Of a DNA stretch of 51,277 nucleotides, positions 26,541 through 36,572 are shown in pieces. Within the stretch, counting starts at the first letter, position 1. Each line of letters begins with the position of its first letter. A program made the position numbers and the translations under genes. The stretch is from Candidatus Zixiibacteriota bacterium. GTDB lineage: Bacteria; Zixibacteria; MSB-5A5; WJJR01. Location of the stretch: contig JAVHPP010000040.1 of assembly GCA_036170655.1 (NCBI GenBank), positions 1 to 51,277 on the forward strand, written 5' to 3'. The notes under the pieces are model-generated. The model did not search any database. It had not been told where the DNA came from and was given only the letters and a program-made list of their open reading frames with translations.

Positions 26541-28166
26541 ATGCTGAATGCCATTGTCAATGTCCCCGAACCGAAAAACGAGCCGATCAAGTCTTACGCT
26601 CCCAAGACTCCCGAACGAGAGCAATTGCGCAAGCAGATCGAACTGCAGCGTGGCGGGAGCTTTGAGATCCCTCTGTTCATCGGCGGCGAGGAGATCAAAA
26701 GCGGCGATCTGGGCGACTGCCGTATGCCGCACGATCATGGGCATGTTCTCGCCCGTTTCCACAAGGCGTCGCAGAAGCATGTTGAGCGCGCGGTCGAGGC
26801 CGCGCTGGATGCTGCGCCCGCATGGGCGGCGTTGGACTGGGAACAGCGAGCGGCGATCTTTCTGAAGGCGGCCGAGCTCCTCGCCGGACCGTACCGTCAG
26901 GTGCTCAATGCCGCCACCATGAACGGGCAGAGCAAGAATGCATTCCAAGCCGAGATCGACTCGGCGTGCGAACTGATCGATTTCTACCGTTTCAATCCTT
27001 ACTACGCCCGCCAGATTTACGCCCAGCAGCCGAATTCGTCACCCGGGATCTGGGATTACGTCGAATATCGGGCTTTAGAGGGGTTCGTTTTTGCCGTGAC
27101 GCCGTTCAATTTCACCTCGATTGCGGGGAATCTGCCGACGGCTCCCGCCTTGATGGGGAATGTGGTTCTGTGGAAACCGGCGTCGAGCGCGGTCTATTCG
27201 GCCTATTACCTCATGCGTCTTCTGACGGAGGCGGGCCTGCCGCCCGGAGTGATCAATTTTGTCCCGGGCTCGGGCGCACAGGTGGGCGATCCGGTGTTGG
27301 ACTCGCCGCATCTGGCCGGGGTGCATTTCACCGGTTCGACCGTGACCTTCCAGGCGATGTGGAAACGCATCGGCCACAACATCGCGCAATACCGGTCGTA
27401 TCCACGCATTGTCGGCGAGACCGGCGGGAAAAACTTTGTCTTCGCGCACTGTTCCGCCGATGTCGATGCGCTAGTGGTGGCCCTCCTGCGCGGGGCCTTC
27501 GAATACCAGGGGCAGAAGTGCTCGGCGGCGTCGCGGGCGTACATCCCCGAATCAATCTGGCCCGATGTCAAAGACCGGCTGCTCGATCAGATGAAGCAGA
27601 TGAAAATGGGCGACCCGGCCGATTTCTCCAACTTCATCAACGCGGTCATCGACAAGGCAGCGTTCACGTCGATCAAGGTGTACATCGATCATGCGAAGTC
27701 GTCGCCGGACGCGACGATCCTGACCGGCGGCAAATGTGATGACAAAGTTGGGTATTTCATCGAGCCGACTGTGATACAGACGACCAACCCGCGCTTCAAG
27801 CTGATCTGCGAGGAAATCTTCGGTCCCGTCCTGACCATCTTCGTCTATCCTGACAACAAGCTGAAAGAAACACTGGGGCAGTGTGACATCGCCTCGCCTT
27901 ATGCCCTGACCGGGGCGATCTTTGCACAGGATCGTTACACCATCGCCCAGTTGACCCGTGCGCTGACCAACACGGCCGGCAATTTCTACATCAACGATAA
28001 GCCGACCGGCGCGGTGGTGGGTCAGCAGCCGTTTGGTGGTGCGCGCGCTTCGGGAACGAACGACAAGGCGGGCAGTATGGCCAACCTGCTGCGCTGGGTG
28101 TCCCCGCGCGCGTTGAAGGAGACGTTCGTGCCGCCGGTGGATTGGCGGTATCCGTTTCTGGGGTGA
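26541..28166 (+). CDS. pruA: L-glutamate gamma-semialdehyde (1-pyrroline-5-carboxylate) dehydrogenase
   Basis: The ALDH core motifs are FTGST, ETGGKN and QGQKCSAASR. The N-terminus MLNAIVNVPEPKNEPIKSYAP is typical of long bacterial P5CDH. The longest ORF begins at 26457. Confidence 0.85.
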   Translation: MLNAIVNVPEPKNEPIKSYAPKTPEREQLRKQIELQRGGSFEIPLFIGGEEIKSGDLGDCRMPHDHGHVLARFHKASQKHVERAVEAALDAAPAWAALDWEQRAAIFLKAAELLAGPYRQVLNAATMNGQSKNAFQAEIDSACELIDFYRFNPYYARQIYAQQPNSSPGIWDYVEYRALEGFVFAVTPFNFTSIAGNLPTAPALMGNVVLWKPASSAVYSAYYLMRLLTEAGLPPGVINFVPGSGAQVGDPVLDSPHLAGVHFTGSTVTFQAMWKRIGHNIAQYRSYPRIVGETGGKNFVFAHCSADVDALVVALLRGAFEYQGQKCSAASRAYIPESIWPDVKDRLLDQMKQMKMGDPADFSNFINAVIDKAAFTSIKVYIDHAKSSPDATILTGGKCDDKVGYFIEPTVIQTTNPRFKLICEEIFGPVLTIFVYPDNKLKETLGQCDIASPYALTGAIFAQDRYTIAQLTRALTNTAGNFYINDKPTGAVVGQQPFGGARASGTNDKAGSMANLLRWVSPRALKETFVPPVDWRYPFLG

Positions 28167-28346
28167 GGGGTTCGATCAGTGGTGATCGTTCGTAGGTTCT
28201 GTCCTTGTTGTGCATGCCAGCCGCCAGGACTGACCTTCGACGTGAAGCGCCGATCATGGACTCCACTGGTCAGCAGATTCGCCCGCGTGGCGATCCGGAT
28301 CTGTCATTGCAGTGGCGGATAGCGATCTTCGTGCGGCTCGCACAGT

Positions 28347-29888
28347 TCACGGTTGGGATGGCTTTGTGATCCCCTGTGCCCGTGCCCAAGCCTCGTTGAG
28401 GAAGATTGCGTATCTGTCATCAGGGTGATCTGCGGTTTCTCGCGGTTTACCGCACATTTTCCAGAGGTGGTATTTCTCGAAGAACTCCGGCGAGTTGACG
28501 ATCATTTTGTCCCTTCCCTGGAGAGGGAAGGGCAGGCCGTCCGCGCCCGTCCTGACGGTCATGACGTACACTTCCGGATTTCGTTCCAGTGTTGCCGCTG
28601 CCGAGAAGCCCTCGTGTGCTGCCCTGCGATCACACAGGCCCCAGACATCGAGCACTGGCAGGTCGGTCCAGTACGGGATAAAGCCGGCGTCGATCAGGGC
28701 GACCGTAGCGCTGCGTGGCAGCACCGACAGGCAGTCGGCCACCTCCCGACGTGTCTGTTTCCAGTATTTCTCGTTCTGAAACCAGACGCAAGGTTGTGGC
28801 CACTCCTTGAGCGACCAGACGATCATAACGGCAACCGCAAGAGGAATGCCCCATCGTTTCCAGTTAGGGATCCGCTCCAGAAGGAACGGAACCGGCAGCA
28901 CCAAAAGCGGCAGGAAAGCGATCTGGTACCGGTGTAGGAAGTACATCACCGGGATGACGGGCAGGACGACCAACATCTGGCCAACGACGAGGGCGAGAGC
29001 TGCAGCCAGCGTCCAAGGGTAGCGCAGATTGTTCCACCCCAGCAGCGCGACTCCCCACGCCAGGAGAAACGGGATGCCGAAGATCAGCCATTGGAAGACA
29101 GGTCCCAGAGAAGGCAGGCTCCACGAGAATTTCGCGTAGACCGTATTGGGCAACGGACTACCGAAATATACGAGGCGGAAGATCAGGAGTCCCAATGCCG
29201 ACCCAAGTACGGCGATGAGTGGTACAGCGTATGCTTTGATCCGCTTCAGCGTGTATCCTGGCTCAGCGAGCATACCGCTGGTGAGCACCAGAATCGACAG
29301 CGCCACGCCTTCGGGACGTGTGAGCGTCAGGCCCGACAGCCCGACGGACAAGAGCCAGTTGCGGCGTGATCTCGTGCCCGTGTTGCTGAGTCCCTCGAGG
29401 GATAGGAGTAGGAAAAAGCCGAAGAGTGCAATCTCCAGTCCGCTGATGATCCACAGGACCCACTCAGGTGTCAGCGCAACCAAGAGGACAGGCAGCCACC
29501 AGAATCGCTGCGGCGCCCAGAGTTTGCGGCACAAGAGGTAGGACAGGCAGAGTGTGAGGATCCCCAGCAGGGCACCGAGGCTCACGGCGGCAGTTTCGAT
29601 ATCGAAGCCGATCCACTTCGCGCCTGCGAGAATCAGAACCCACAGGAAGTTAGAGTATCCTTCGACGGGCGCCGTCCCGGGGTTCCAGGTCAGTCCGCTT
29701 CCTTCGGCTACGTGGAGTGCATATCGGTAGGAGATGGCGACATCGTCGATCGTGAATCCCCAGAGGGTGATCACCTGCACGAGGAAAAGGAGAATGGGCA
29801 ATCCCAGACCCCAAAGTACCGGACCATTCCATACGGATTTGGTCGGGTACCGAGAGAGGATTCCTGATGTGGCCGGGTCGTCCTGCAC
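28347..29888 (-). CDS. Polytopic GT-C-like membrane glycosyltransferase (arabinofuranosyl/mannosyl-transferase-like)
   Basis: The N-terminal loop TIDDVAISYRYALHVAEGSGLTWNPG..VEGYSNFLW is followed by about 11 hydrophobic helices and a C-terminal soluble domain. Confidence 0.5.
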   Translation of the reverse strand: MQDDPATSGILSRYPTKSVWNGPVLWGLGLPILLFLVQVITLWGFTIDDVAISYRYALHVAEGSGLTWNPGTAPVEGYSNFLWVLILAGAKWIGFDIETAAVSLGALLGILTLCLSYLLCRKLWAPQRFWWLPVLLVALTPEWVLWIISGLEIALFGFFLLLSLEGLSNTGTRSRRNWLLSVGLSGLTLTRPEGVALSILVLTSGMLAEPGYTLKRIKAYAVPLIAVLGSALGLLIFRLVYFGSPLPNTVYAKFSWSLPSLGPVFQWLIFGIPFLLAWGVALLGWNNLRYPWTLAAALALVVGQMLVVLPVIPVMYFLHRYQIAFLPLLVLPVPFLLERIPNWKRWGIPLAVAVMIVWSLKEWPQPCVWFQNEKYWKQTRREVADCLSVLPRSATVALIDAGFIPYWTDLPVLDVWGLCDRRAAHEGFSAAATLERNPEVYVMTVRTGADGLPFPLQGRDKMIVNSPEFFEKYHLWKMCGKPRETADHPDDRYAIFLNEAWARAQGITKPSQP

Positions 29889-30013
29889 GATCAGCTTACC
29901 TCCCTGCGACAGAAGGTGCGGTGAGCAGGAAGATTCGTAATGCCTTCCGGCAATGTGCCGCTCCGAGAGAAGATACTCGAGCCGAGCGATGGTCGCATCG
30001 GCCGTGCTCAGCC

Positions 30014-31288
30014 TTACATCGTGCTATCCGGCCACACCCCCGTGCTGTCGGTTCCCCAGTTGCAGGAAATTGGCTCGACGTGCCGTTTCCATGTCACTGG
30101 CTCCTGAACCGGCAAGGGAACGCGGACGGCTACAGTGGGATTGACAATCTGGCCGTCGCCAACCAGTGGGCACTGGTCGCCGGGGGACATCACTGAATAC
30201 TCGATCGTGGTGCCGGAGGCGGTCGTGTTGACAGCATCGAGCCAGATCCCGCCACCCCAGCGGGTGAAGTCACCGGCGCGGAGGATGATGACGGTGTGCT
30301 TGCTAAAATCGACGTCGAATCCGTTCCAGATCGGCGGGAGTGGGCCGGGTTCTCCGGGAGCGATGCTGTCGATCCATCCTTGCCCGCCGCCGGACGCGCC
30401 GCTATCACCGATCACAACGGTCGAAGAATCGCTGTGTTCACGCCAGCGAGAAACATCACAGGCCAAGGCCGCTTCGATCCACTGTTCGAATTTTGCCTGG
30501 TCAGTGATGATTGCCTCGGATGGGCCCAACTCACAAGGCGCGTCGGTGTAGTAAAGTGTCAACGGCACGTTGGGGTCGGGTTCCCAGCGGCAGTCCATCT
30601 CCATGTCGATTCGTTCCCATGAGACTGGCCCGGTCAACAGCTTTGGCACGAGGGCGGCCGTGGTCGGCGCGTACATTCCGGTGGAATCACTATGCGGCAT
30701 CATCAGAATCATACAATCAGGACCGGGACGGGTGACGACGTATTGAACCACCGTCCCACCTGCCGAGTCTGGCTTGACCTCTGTAACTCTGATAAACCGT
30801 CCGGGATCCTCTTCCTGCTCGACGGTGATCGTCACGATCACACTTGTGTCGAAATTGATTGCAGGCGCGGCCGGGCCATAAGGGTCAACGGGTCCGTCCG
30901 GCCAGCCCATGCCATGCCCGATGCTGTCCTTCGGAATCGGCCCCGGATCGAACCATGGCCAAGTCGAATCCCATTTGGGCAAACAGGAGACAGCAATAGT
31001 CCACCACGCTTGCCAATCGGTCTGGTTGGTGATGATGCTGTTCTTGGGGGTTTCGCCGCAGGCGATATCGGAGTAGAAAAGCGGCCCATAACCGGCGAGT
31101 GAATCGTGCACCGGATTTCTGGGACCCGACTCACCGGGACCGCCACGGAAAGGATCGTCTGCAGCCTGGCGCCCGCCACCGGCGAGGCGCTCTTGGTTAA
31201 CAGTTCCGGGCGCCGTGGGACGCTCCTCGCCACATCCGACGATGATGACCAGGGCCAGAACCACTGAGAGTAATTGTCTGTATTTCAT
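30014..31288 (-). CDS. Secreted lipoprotein with an internally duplicated domain (PrcB-C-like?)
   Basis: ATG 31288 has GGAGG 9 nt upstream. The lipobox is MKYRQLLSVVLALVIIVGC. The two halves share Y.D..C...IIT(N/D)Q..W...A..C and (I/V)DF....VI(V/I) ... GGT/SGT..(Q/E)Y.V..PG..C ... PV(S/T)W(E/K)R. Confidence 0.6.
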   Translation of the reverse strand: MKYRQLLSVVLALVIIVGCGEERPTAPGTVNQERLAGGGRQAADDPFRGGPGESGPRNPVHDSLAGYGPLFYSDIACGETPKNSIITNQTDWQAWWTIAVSCLPKWDSTWPWFDPGPIPKDSIGHGMGWPDGPVDPYGPAAPAINFDTSVIVTITVEQEEDPGRFIRVTEVKPDSAGGTVVQYVVTRPGPDCMILMMPHSDSTGMYAPTTAALVPKLLTGPVSWERIDMEMDCRWEPDPNVPLTLYYTDAPCELGPSEAIITDQAKFEQWIEAALACDVSRWREHSDSSTVVIGDSGASGGGQGWIDSIAPGEPGPLPPIWNGFDVDFSKHTVIILRAGDFTRWGGGIWLDAVNTTASGTTIEYSVMSPGDQCPLVGDGQIVNPTVAVRVPLPVQEPVTWKRHVEPISCNWGTDSTGVWPDSTM

Positions 31289-31402
31289 GGGCTTAGCCTC
31301 CGCGACGACACTTGCCGAGATTCCTTGGTCAGAAGTAGCGATTATCAAGGGTAATACGTTTTCGCGGCCGGAATATTCCCGGCTAAGATTCGGTTCCGAT
31401 AA

Positions 31403-31463
31403 CACCGCGCTTCAGCGCGGTGACATGGAGGTCGGGGTACTTCTCTCAACCGCTTCAGCGGTT
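31403..31463. repeat. REP hairpins downstream of the RAYT gene
   Basis: The hairpins are CACCGCGC-TTCA-GCGCGGTG (31403-31422) and AACCGC-TTCA-GCGGTT (31448-31463). Confidence 0.7.
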
Positions 31464-32021
31464 TTCCATCTCATTCGGCTGAATCCCGTACGCGCGCAGG
31501 AACCCCGCGTACTCCTCCTGAAACGACTTGGTCCGATGGTGCTCATCCTGTCCCGCAATGTAGTCGATGACCTTGGGGAGGTTTGATTCAGATACCGAGA
31601 ATGCGCCATATCCCCTCCCCCATGAAAACTTGGCAGCCACCACGCGATTCTGATTGATCCAGTGCGACGAGGCACCTTTGAGCAACTGGACCGCTTCCTC
31701 GATCGTCACACCCGTAGGCAGATCGATCAGCGCATGGACGTGATCGGAATTGACGAAAACGGATCTTAGCACAATGTTCTTCGAATGAGCGTACTCGAGC
31801 AGGAAACGCGCCACCCTGACACGAGCGTCTGTGCCGAGAACCTTCTCCCGATTGAGAGTTCCCCAGACCAGATGGAGCCAGCAGCGGGAGTAAGAATGGA
31901 CGGACAGGGCGTCTCCTCTCACGAGTAAGCCGCTGAAGCGGGGTGTTGAAAAACCGGGCAGACAATAGTGTCTGCCCCACTCCGGAAAACGGAAGTTGTT
32001 GTCTCTCAGTGGCGCGGACAC
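31455..32021 (-). CDS. REP-associated tyrosine transposase (RAYT; IS200/IS605 Y1 HUH family)
   Basis: The HUH motif is SDHVHALIDL and the catalytic Tyr block is VIDYIAGQDEHHR. The N-terminal core reads CWLHLVWGTLNRE. The first ~33 codons of the ORF translate a REP copy, so the true start may be GTG 31922. Confidence 0.8.
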   Translation of the reverse strand: MSAPLRDNNFRFPEWGRHYCLPGFSTPRFSGLLVRGDALSVHSYSRCWLHLVWGTLNREKVLGTDARVRVARFLLEYAHSKNIVLRSVFVNSDHVHALIDLPTGVTIEEAVQLLKGASSHWINQNRVVAAKFSWGRGYGAFSVSESNLPKVIDYIAGQDEHHRTKSFQEEYAGFLRAYGIQPNEMENR

Positions 32022-32082
32022 TCCTGTCCGCGCGCCCGGTGCGCGAAATCGAGGTTTTTCAACACGCCCCGCTGAAGCGGGG
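31930..32082. repeat. REP cluster upstream of and overlapping the RAYT 5' end
   Basis: CCGC-TGAA-GCGG+GGTGTTGAAAAACC (31930-31954) has its inverse GGTTTTTCAACAC+GCCCCGC-TGAA-GCGGGG at 32053-32082. Between them lie two 9-bp-stem hairpins, GGGCAGACA-ATAG-TGTCTGCCC (31955-31976) and GCGCGGACA-CTCC-TGTCCGCGC (32012-32033). Confidence 0.8.
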
Positions 32083-32127
32083 TGTTATCCGATCGGCTTG
32101 GCCGTTTGCGTATCCTGTCCGAAGACA

Positions 32128-34644
32128 TCAATTTATCCCCGTCTCTTCCCCATTCGAACCATTCCCGCCGTTGGCCTCGCCGTTCACGTCTCCGTTCGTT
32201 TCGCCGTTGGCCTCTTCCTCGGATTTGACCACGCGGGCGACGTCGACGACCTTGTCACCCTTGTCGAGGTTGATGAGCTTGACGCCCTGTGTGGCGCGGC
32301 CGAGGACACGGACCGACGTCAGGGGAAGGCGGATGATAATGCCGCCCTGCGAGACAATCATCAGTTCGTCGTCGTCGACGACTTCCTTGATGGCGATCAC
32401 CTTGCCGTTGCGCTCGGTGGTCTTGATGTTGATCACGCCCTTGCCACCCCGGTTGGTCAGACGGTACTCAGTGATTTCGGATCGTTTGCCGAATCCGTTT
32501 TCCGTGACCGACAGAAGTGTTGTCGTACGTTTGACGACGACCATGCCGATTACGCAGTCGCCCTCTTCGAGGGTTACGCCACGCACGCCGTAGGCGCCCC
32601 GTCCCATCGGACGCACATGTTCTTCATGGAAGCGGACCGCGAGGCCGTCGCGTGTGGCCAGAATGATCTCATTGGTGCCGTCGGTGATGCCGGCTTCGAT
32701 CAGCTCATCGTCTTCCGGCAGATCCATGGCATTGATGCCGCCCTTGCGGGGATTGGTGAAGGCGGAGAGAACGGTCTTCTTGATCGTGCCGTTCTTGGTT
32801 GCCATGATGATGGAGTGTGCATCGTCGAATTGTTTGACCGGAACGAACGCGGTAATCGATTCCCCCTGCGCCAGCTCGAGCATGTTGGCGATGTTCTTCC
32901 CCTTGGCCATCTTGCCGCCTTGGGGCACGGTATGAACTTTCAGCCAATAGCAGCGTCCCTTGGTCGTGAAGAAGAGAATGTAATCGTGTGTCGAGGCGAC
33001 GAAGAGGTGCTCGACGAAATCGGACTCCTTGGTCTCCATGCCACGCACACCACGGCCGCCGCGATTCTGGCGGCGGTAGGCGGAGACGGTCAGGCGCTTG
33101 ATGTACCCTTCGTGGGAGATGGTGATCACCACGTCCTCCTCGGCGATCAAGTCCTCGACGGAGAAGTCTTCTTCGGCCTCGATGATCTGTGTGCGGCGCG
33201 GATCGCCGTACTTCTCCTTCAGTTCCATCAATTCGTCGCGGATGATTTTCATGCGCCGCGCCTTGGAGGCGAGGATGCTGCGGTATTCTTCGATCGCCTT
33301 GATCAAAGAGAGGTACTCTTCTTCGATCTTCGCGCGTTCGAGGCCGGTCAGACGCTGTAACCGCATATCCAGAATTGCCTGTGCCTGGATTTCGGTAAGA
33401 CCAAACTGGGCGATCAGGCCCTGCTTGGCCTCAGCCGGTGTCTGTGAGGCGCGTATGAGCTTGATGATGGCATCGAGATTGTCGAGCGCGATCTTGAGGC
33501 CTTCGAGGATGTGAGCGCGTTCTTCGGCCTTCTTCAGTTCGAATTCGGTCCGGCGACGGACCACTTCGTGACGGTGCCGGAGAAATTCTTCGAACATGTC
33601 GCGCAGCGTGAGCACACGCGGCACCCCATCGACCAGCGCCAGGTTGATCACACCGAAGGTGATCTGCATCTGGGTGTGCTTGAAAAGGTTGTTCAAGACG
33701 ACTTCCGGCATGGCGTCGCGCTTCAGCTCGAAGACGACGCGCATGCCATCACGGTCCGATTCATCGCGCAGATCAGAGAGGCCCTCGATCTTCTTGTCGC
33801 GCACCAACTCGGCAACGCGCTCGAGCAGGTTGGATTTGTTGATCTGGTAGGGAATCTCGGAGACGATGATGCTTTGCCTGCCGTTGGCAGCGGTCTCGAC
33901 ATTCGCCTTGGCCCGCAATGTGATGTGGCCGCGCCCGGTGCGGTAGGCCGACGCGATGCCGGCGCGCCCGACAATCAATCCACCGGTGGGGAAATCCGGA
34001 CCGGGGATGAGACCGAGGAGTGTCTCATCGTCGATTTCGGGGTCATCGATCAGCGCGCACAATCCATCGACCACCTCGCCGAGATTGTGAGGCGGGATGT
34101 TCGTCGCCATGCCGACGGCGATACCGGACGATCCATTGCACAGCAGGTTGGGGAACTTTGATGGCAGGACGGCTGGCTCGTCGAGGGTGTTGTCGTAATT
34201 GCGGGTCATGTTGACGGTGTCTTTCTCCATGTCCGCCAGCATTTCCACGGCAAAGGGAGAGAGGCGCGCCTCGGTGTACCTCATGGCCGCCGCCGAGTCG
34301 CCGTCGATTGAGCCGAAGTTTCCCTGTCCATCGACCAGCATGTAGCGCATGTTGAAATCTTGCGCCATGCGCACCAATGTCGGGTAGACGACCTGCTCAC
34401 CGTGGGGGTGGTAGTTCCCCGATGTGTCGCCGCAGATCTTGGCGCACTTACGGTGGGCGGCGCCGGGATGCAGATTCAGGTCGTTCATCGCCACGAGAAT
34501 GCGCCGATTCGACGGTTTTAGACCATCGGCGACATTGGGCAGCGCCCGTTGCGTAATGACCGACATCGAGTAATCGAGATATGACCCCTTCATCTCTTCT
34601 TCGAGGAAGACGGGGACGATTTTTTCGCGTTCCAAAGGCATCAA
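32128..34644 (-). CDS. gyrA: DNA gyrase subunit A
   Basis: The N-terminus reads [29 protein letters not shown], the catalytic Tyr region reads [10 protein letters not shown], and C-terminal beta-pinwheel repeats are present. The protein ends in an acidic NG-rich tail. Confidence 0.95.
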   Translation of the reverse strand: MMPLEREKIVPVFLEEEMKGSYLDYSMSVITQRALPNVADGLKPSNRRILVAMNDLNLHPGAAHRKCAKICGDTSGNYHPHGEQVVYPTLVRMAQDFNMRYMLVDGQGNFGSIDGDSAAAMRYTEARLSPFAVEMLADMEKDTVNMTRNYDNTLDEPAVLPSKFPNLLCNGSSGIAVGMATNIPPHNLGEVVDGLCALIDDPEIDDETLLGLIPGPDFPTGGLIVGRAGIASAYRTGRGHITLRAKANVETAANGRQSIIVSEIPYQINKSNLLERVAELVRDKKIEGLSDLRDESDRDGMRVVFELKRDAMPEVVLNNLFKHTQMQITFGVINLALVDGVPRVLTLRDMFEEFLRHRHEVVRRRTEFELKKAEERAHILEGLKIALDNLDAIIKLIRASQTPAEAKQGLIAQFGLTEIQAQAILDMRLQRLTGLERAKIEEEYLSLIKAIEEYRSILASKARRMKIIRDELMELKEKYGDPRRTQIIEAEEDFSVEDLIAEEDVVITISHEGYIKRLTVSAYRRQNRGGRGVRGMETKESDFVEHLFVASTHDYILFFTTKGRCYWLKVHTVPQGGKMAKGKNIANMLELAQGESITAFVPVKQFDDAHSIIMATKNGTIKKTVLSAFTNPRKGGINAMDLPEDDELIEAGITDGTNEIILATRDGLAVRFHEEHVRPMGRGAYGVRGVTLEEGDCVIGMVVVKRTTTLLSVTENGFGKRSEITEYRLTNRGGKGVINIKTTERNGKVIAIKEVVDDDELMIVSQGGIIIRLPLTSVRVLGRATQGVKLINLDKGDKVVDVARVVKSEEEANGETNGDVNGEANGGNGSNGEETGIN

Positions 34645-34818
34645 ATTCCTCCGGGTGTCAAATGCCTGAACGAGAGGCGCCGCAAGGACTTATGCGCACC
34701 CAAGTCCATTTCAATCTTCAATTTAGGGGATTTTGGACGGTGGGGCAACAGGTATCGCAACAACTTTTCGCATTGGCTCCTGCTTGGGTGAATCGCCCGC
34801 GAAGATTGGCAACGATGT

Positions 34819-34849
34819 CGCAGGGGCGTGTGGCTTATACGCCCCTGCG
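34819..34849 (-). terminator. Hairpin downstream of mscL (possible terminator)
   Basis: CGCAGGGGCGT-N9-ACGCCCCTGCG forms an 11-bp stem about 80 nt after the mscL stop. There is no clear U tract. Confidence 0.35.
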
Positions 34850-34929
34850 GAGAGTCGGCTGATGGCGATGTCAAGTGATGAGGACAGCATCGGCGCTTGA
34901 GTCATGCGGACCAGACGTTATCCATGTTC

Positions 34930-35367
34930 TTATGCTTTGACCACGACGACCGCACAATGGGCGCAGCGAGTAGCGTTGATCGGGATGGACGACAGGCACT
35001 CGGGACAGGTCTTGGTGGCCGGGGGCGCTGCCTCTTCCGGTTTCTTCATCTTGTTCATCGCCTTGATCAGCAGGAAGATGACAAAGGCAACGATGATGAA
35101 GTCGATCACGGTGTTGATGAACACTCCGTAATTGATGGTGGGGGCGCCCGCCGCCTGCGCGGCCGGCAGCGACGCAAACGGTCCTCCCTTGAGTGCGATA
35201 AACAGACTGCTGAAGTTCACATTCCCCAACAACAGGCCGATCGGCGGCATCAGGATGTCGGCAACGACTGACGACACGATCTTCCCGAACGCGGTGCCGA
35301 TAATGATACCGACTGCCATATCGACGACATTGCCGCGCATGGCGAATTTCTTGAATTCCTGCAGCAT
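34930..35367 (-). CDS. mscL: Large-conductance mechanosensitive channel MscL with a C-terminal CxxC..CxxC zinc-ribbon tail
   Basis: The N-terminus reads [40 protein letters not shown]. The tail reads [18 protein letters not shown]. Confidence 0.9.
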   Translation of the reverse strand: MLQEFKKFAMRGNVVDMAVGIIIGTAFGKIVSSVVADILMPPIGLLLGNVNFSSLFIALKGGPFASLPAAQAAGAPTINYGVFINTVIDFIIVAFVIFLLIKAMNKMKKPEEAAPPATKTCPECLSSIPINATRCAHCAVVVVKA

Positions 35368-35561
35368 GTTGATCCTCCTCTCCCGATCGTGACAGTTATC
35401 CCATCATGGTGATGGGCTTCAACCAGCACAAAAATACGCCGACGTGAAGAGACGCGCATGCCAATTTTCACGTTGGCATTTCCGCGCCGAATGGGCCCCA
35501 TCAAGCAAATGCGCCCCGCCAGATGACGGGGCGCGTTTGCGGTCCGGCGTGCGACCCAATA

Positions 35562-36572
35562 TCAGACTTCCACAAGCACCGTGTCGGCAATCTTCGCTTC
35601 GGCGTGATGGCCGTTGCCGGAGTCGTCAGTTGCCTTGGTGGGAATCTCCGCGTTCACGAGGAAGCCGGCGCAATGGCGGATGTCGGGTTCGCTCATGAGG
35701 TACTGGACGACACGGTCGATACCGACCCCGAAACCGTAGTGCTCGCCAATCGTCGGCCCATGCGCTTCCATGTGGTCGAAATAATCGGCGAATTGCGCCA
35801 GCCCGAGGCCGCGTTTCTGAAGAGTGGCGTACATGCCGGAGCGCTGGAGACGGTGCTTGAGAATCTCGCTTTGGTGGATGCGGACAGCGCCGCCGAGCGA
35901 CTCACCCGACACAGGCAGCAGCAGGTCGCACGATTGCACCGTCGGGCGGTCGCCGTTGTGAGAGGGTGTCGGCTTCATGTTAAAAAACTTTTCGAGGGTC
36001 GGCCGGGGCCCCACGATCGGCTGCGGGTCGGGGTGGTGGGTCAGCAGCACCGGACCGTCTTTGCACAACGCAACTTCTTGGGCGTGAGAGAAGTCCTCGC
36101 CCCAATGCTTCGCGCCCAAGCCGAGGATCTCGATCGCTTCGGCATAGCGGATCTCTTTCAGACGTGAGGCGATCGGCGCGGCGCCCCATTCCTGCGATAC
36201 ACGGTCGATGGCGCCAAACAGGGATTTGATGGTGCCGATCAGGTCCGTGTACCCGCCGCGTCCCTCGATTTCGAAGAGGGTGAATTCGCGCAGGTGCCGG
36301 TGATCGACTTCGGCTTCGGCGCGGCCGGAAGAGCCGACCGTGAAGGCATGCAGCGTGTCGGCCAGGGACATCTCCAGATACAACTGGCCGGTCTGAGCGA
36401 AGAAATACTCCCCAGGGACATTGTCGCCGGTCACGGCCCAGAGCGTGTCGACATTTTCGCAGGCGCCCGTGGCCGTGACGATGCGCGGCGTGGGGATAAA
36501 CCGGTAGTCGTTCTGGTCAGCCCACTGCCAGAGGGTCTTGAGGACCCGGTCGTAGACGTAGTGCTTGTTCAT
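35562..36572 (-). CDS. Stand-alone class IIb aminoacyl-tRNA-synthetase catalytic core, AsnRS-like, lacking the anticodon-binding domain (AsnA-like or other amino-acid ligase paralog)
   Basis: The motif 2-like region is GSSGRAEAEVDHRHLREFTLFEIE. An AsnRS-type KFFNM and DLLLPVSGESLGGAVRIH are present, and the motif 3-like region is GFGVGIDRVVQYL. At 336 aa there is no OB-fold N-domain. Confidence 0.6.
   Translation of the reverse strand: MNKHYVYDRVLKTLWQWADQNDYRFIPTPRIVTATGACENVDTLWAVTGDNVPGEYFFAQTGQLYLEMSLADTLHAFTVGSSGRAEAEVDHRHLREFTLFEIEGRGGYTDLIGTIKSLFGAIDRVSQEWGAAPIASRLKEIRYAEAIEILGLGAKHWGEDFSHAQEVALCKDGPVLLTHHPDPQPIVGPRPTLEKFFNMKPTPSHNGDRPTVQSCDLLLPVSGESLGGAVRIHQSEILKHRLQRSGMYATLQKRGLGLAQFADYFDHMEAHGPTIGEHYGFGVGIDRVVQYLMSEPDIRHCAGFLVNAEIPTKATDDSGNGHHAEAKIADTVLVEV

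Noticed and set aside
31996-33360. A 454-aa plus-strand ORF, and many similar long ORFs such as 1213-2190(-), 4570-5316(-), 5755-6774(-), 9351-10463(-), 19051-19878(+), 22344-23042(+), 23271-24203(+), 25941-26948(-) and 33511-34161(+)
   Set aside because: All are antisense or out-of-frame shadows of well-supported genes such as gyrA, the giant adhesin, the aminotransferase, the AAA+ ATPase and selD. Their Arg/Pro/Gly/Asp-rich composition is typical of GC-rich shadow frames, and none has recognisable motifs.
34930-35000. The zinc-ribbon tail on MscL as a novel fusion
   Set aside because: As far as I recall, CxxC..CxxC C-terminal extensions occur on many annotated MscL proteins. The tail is noted in the feature but not treated as novel.
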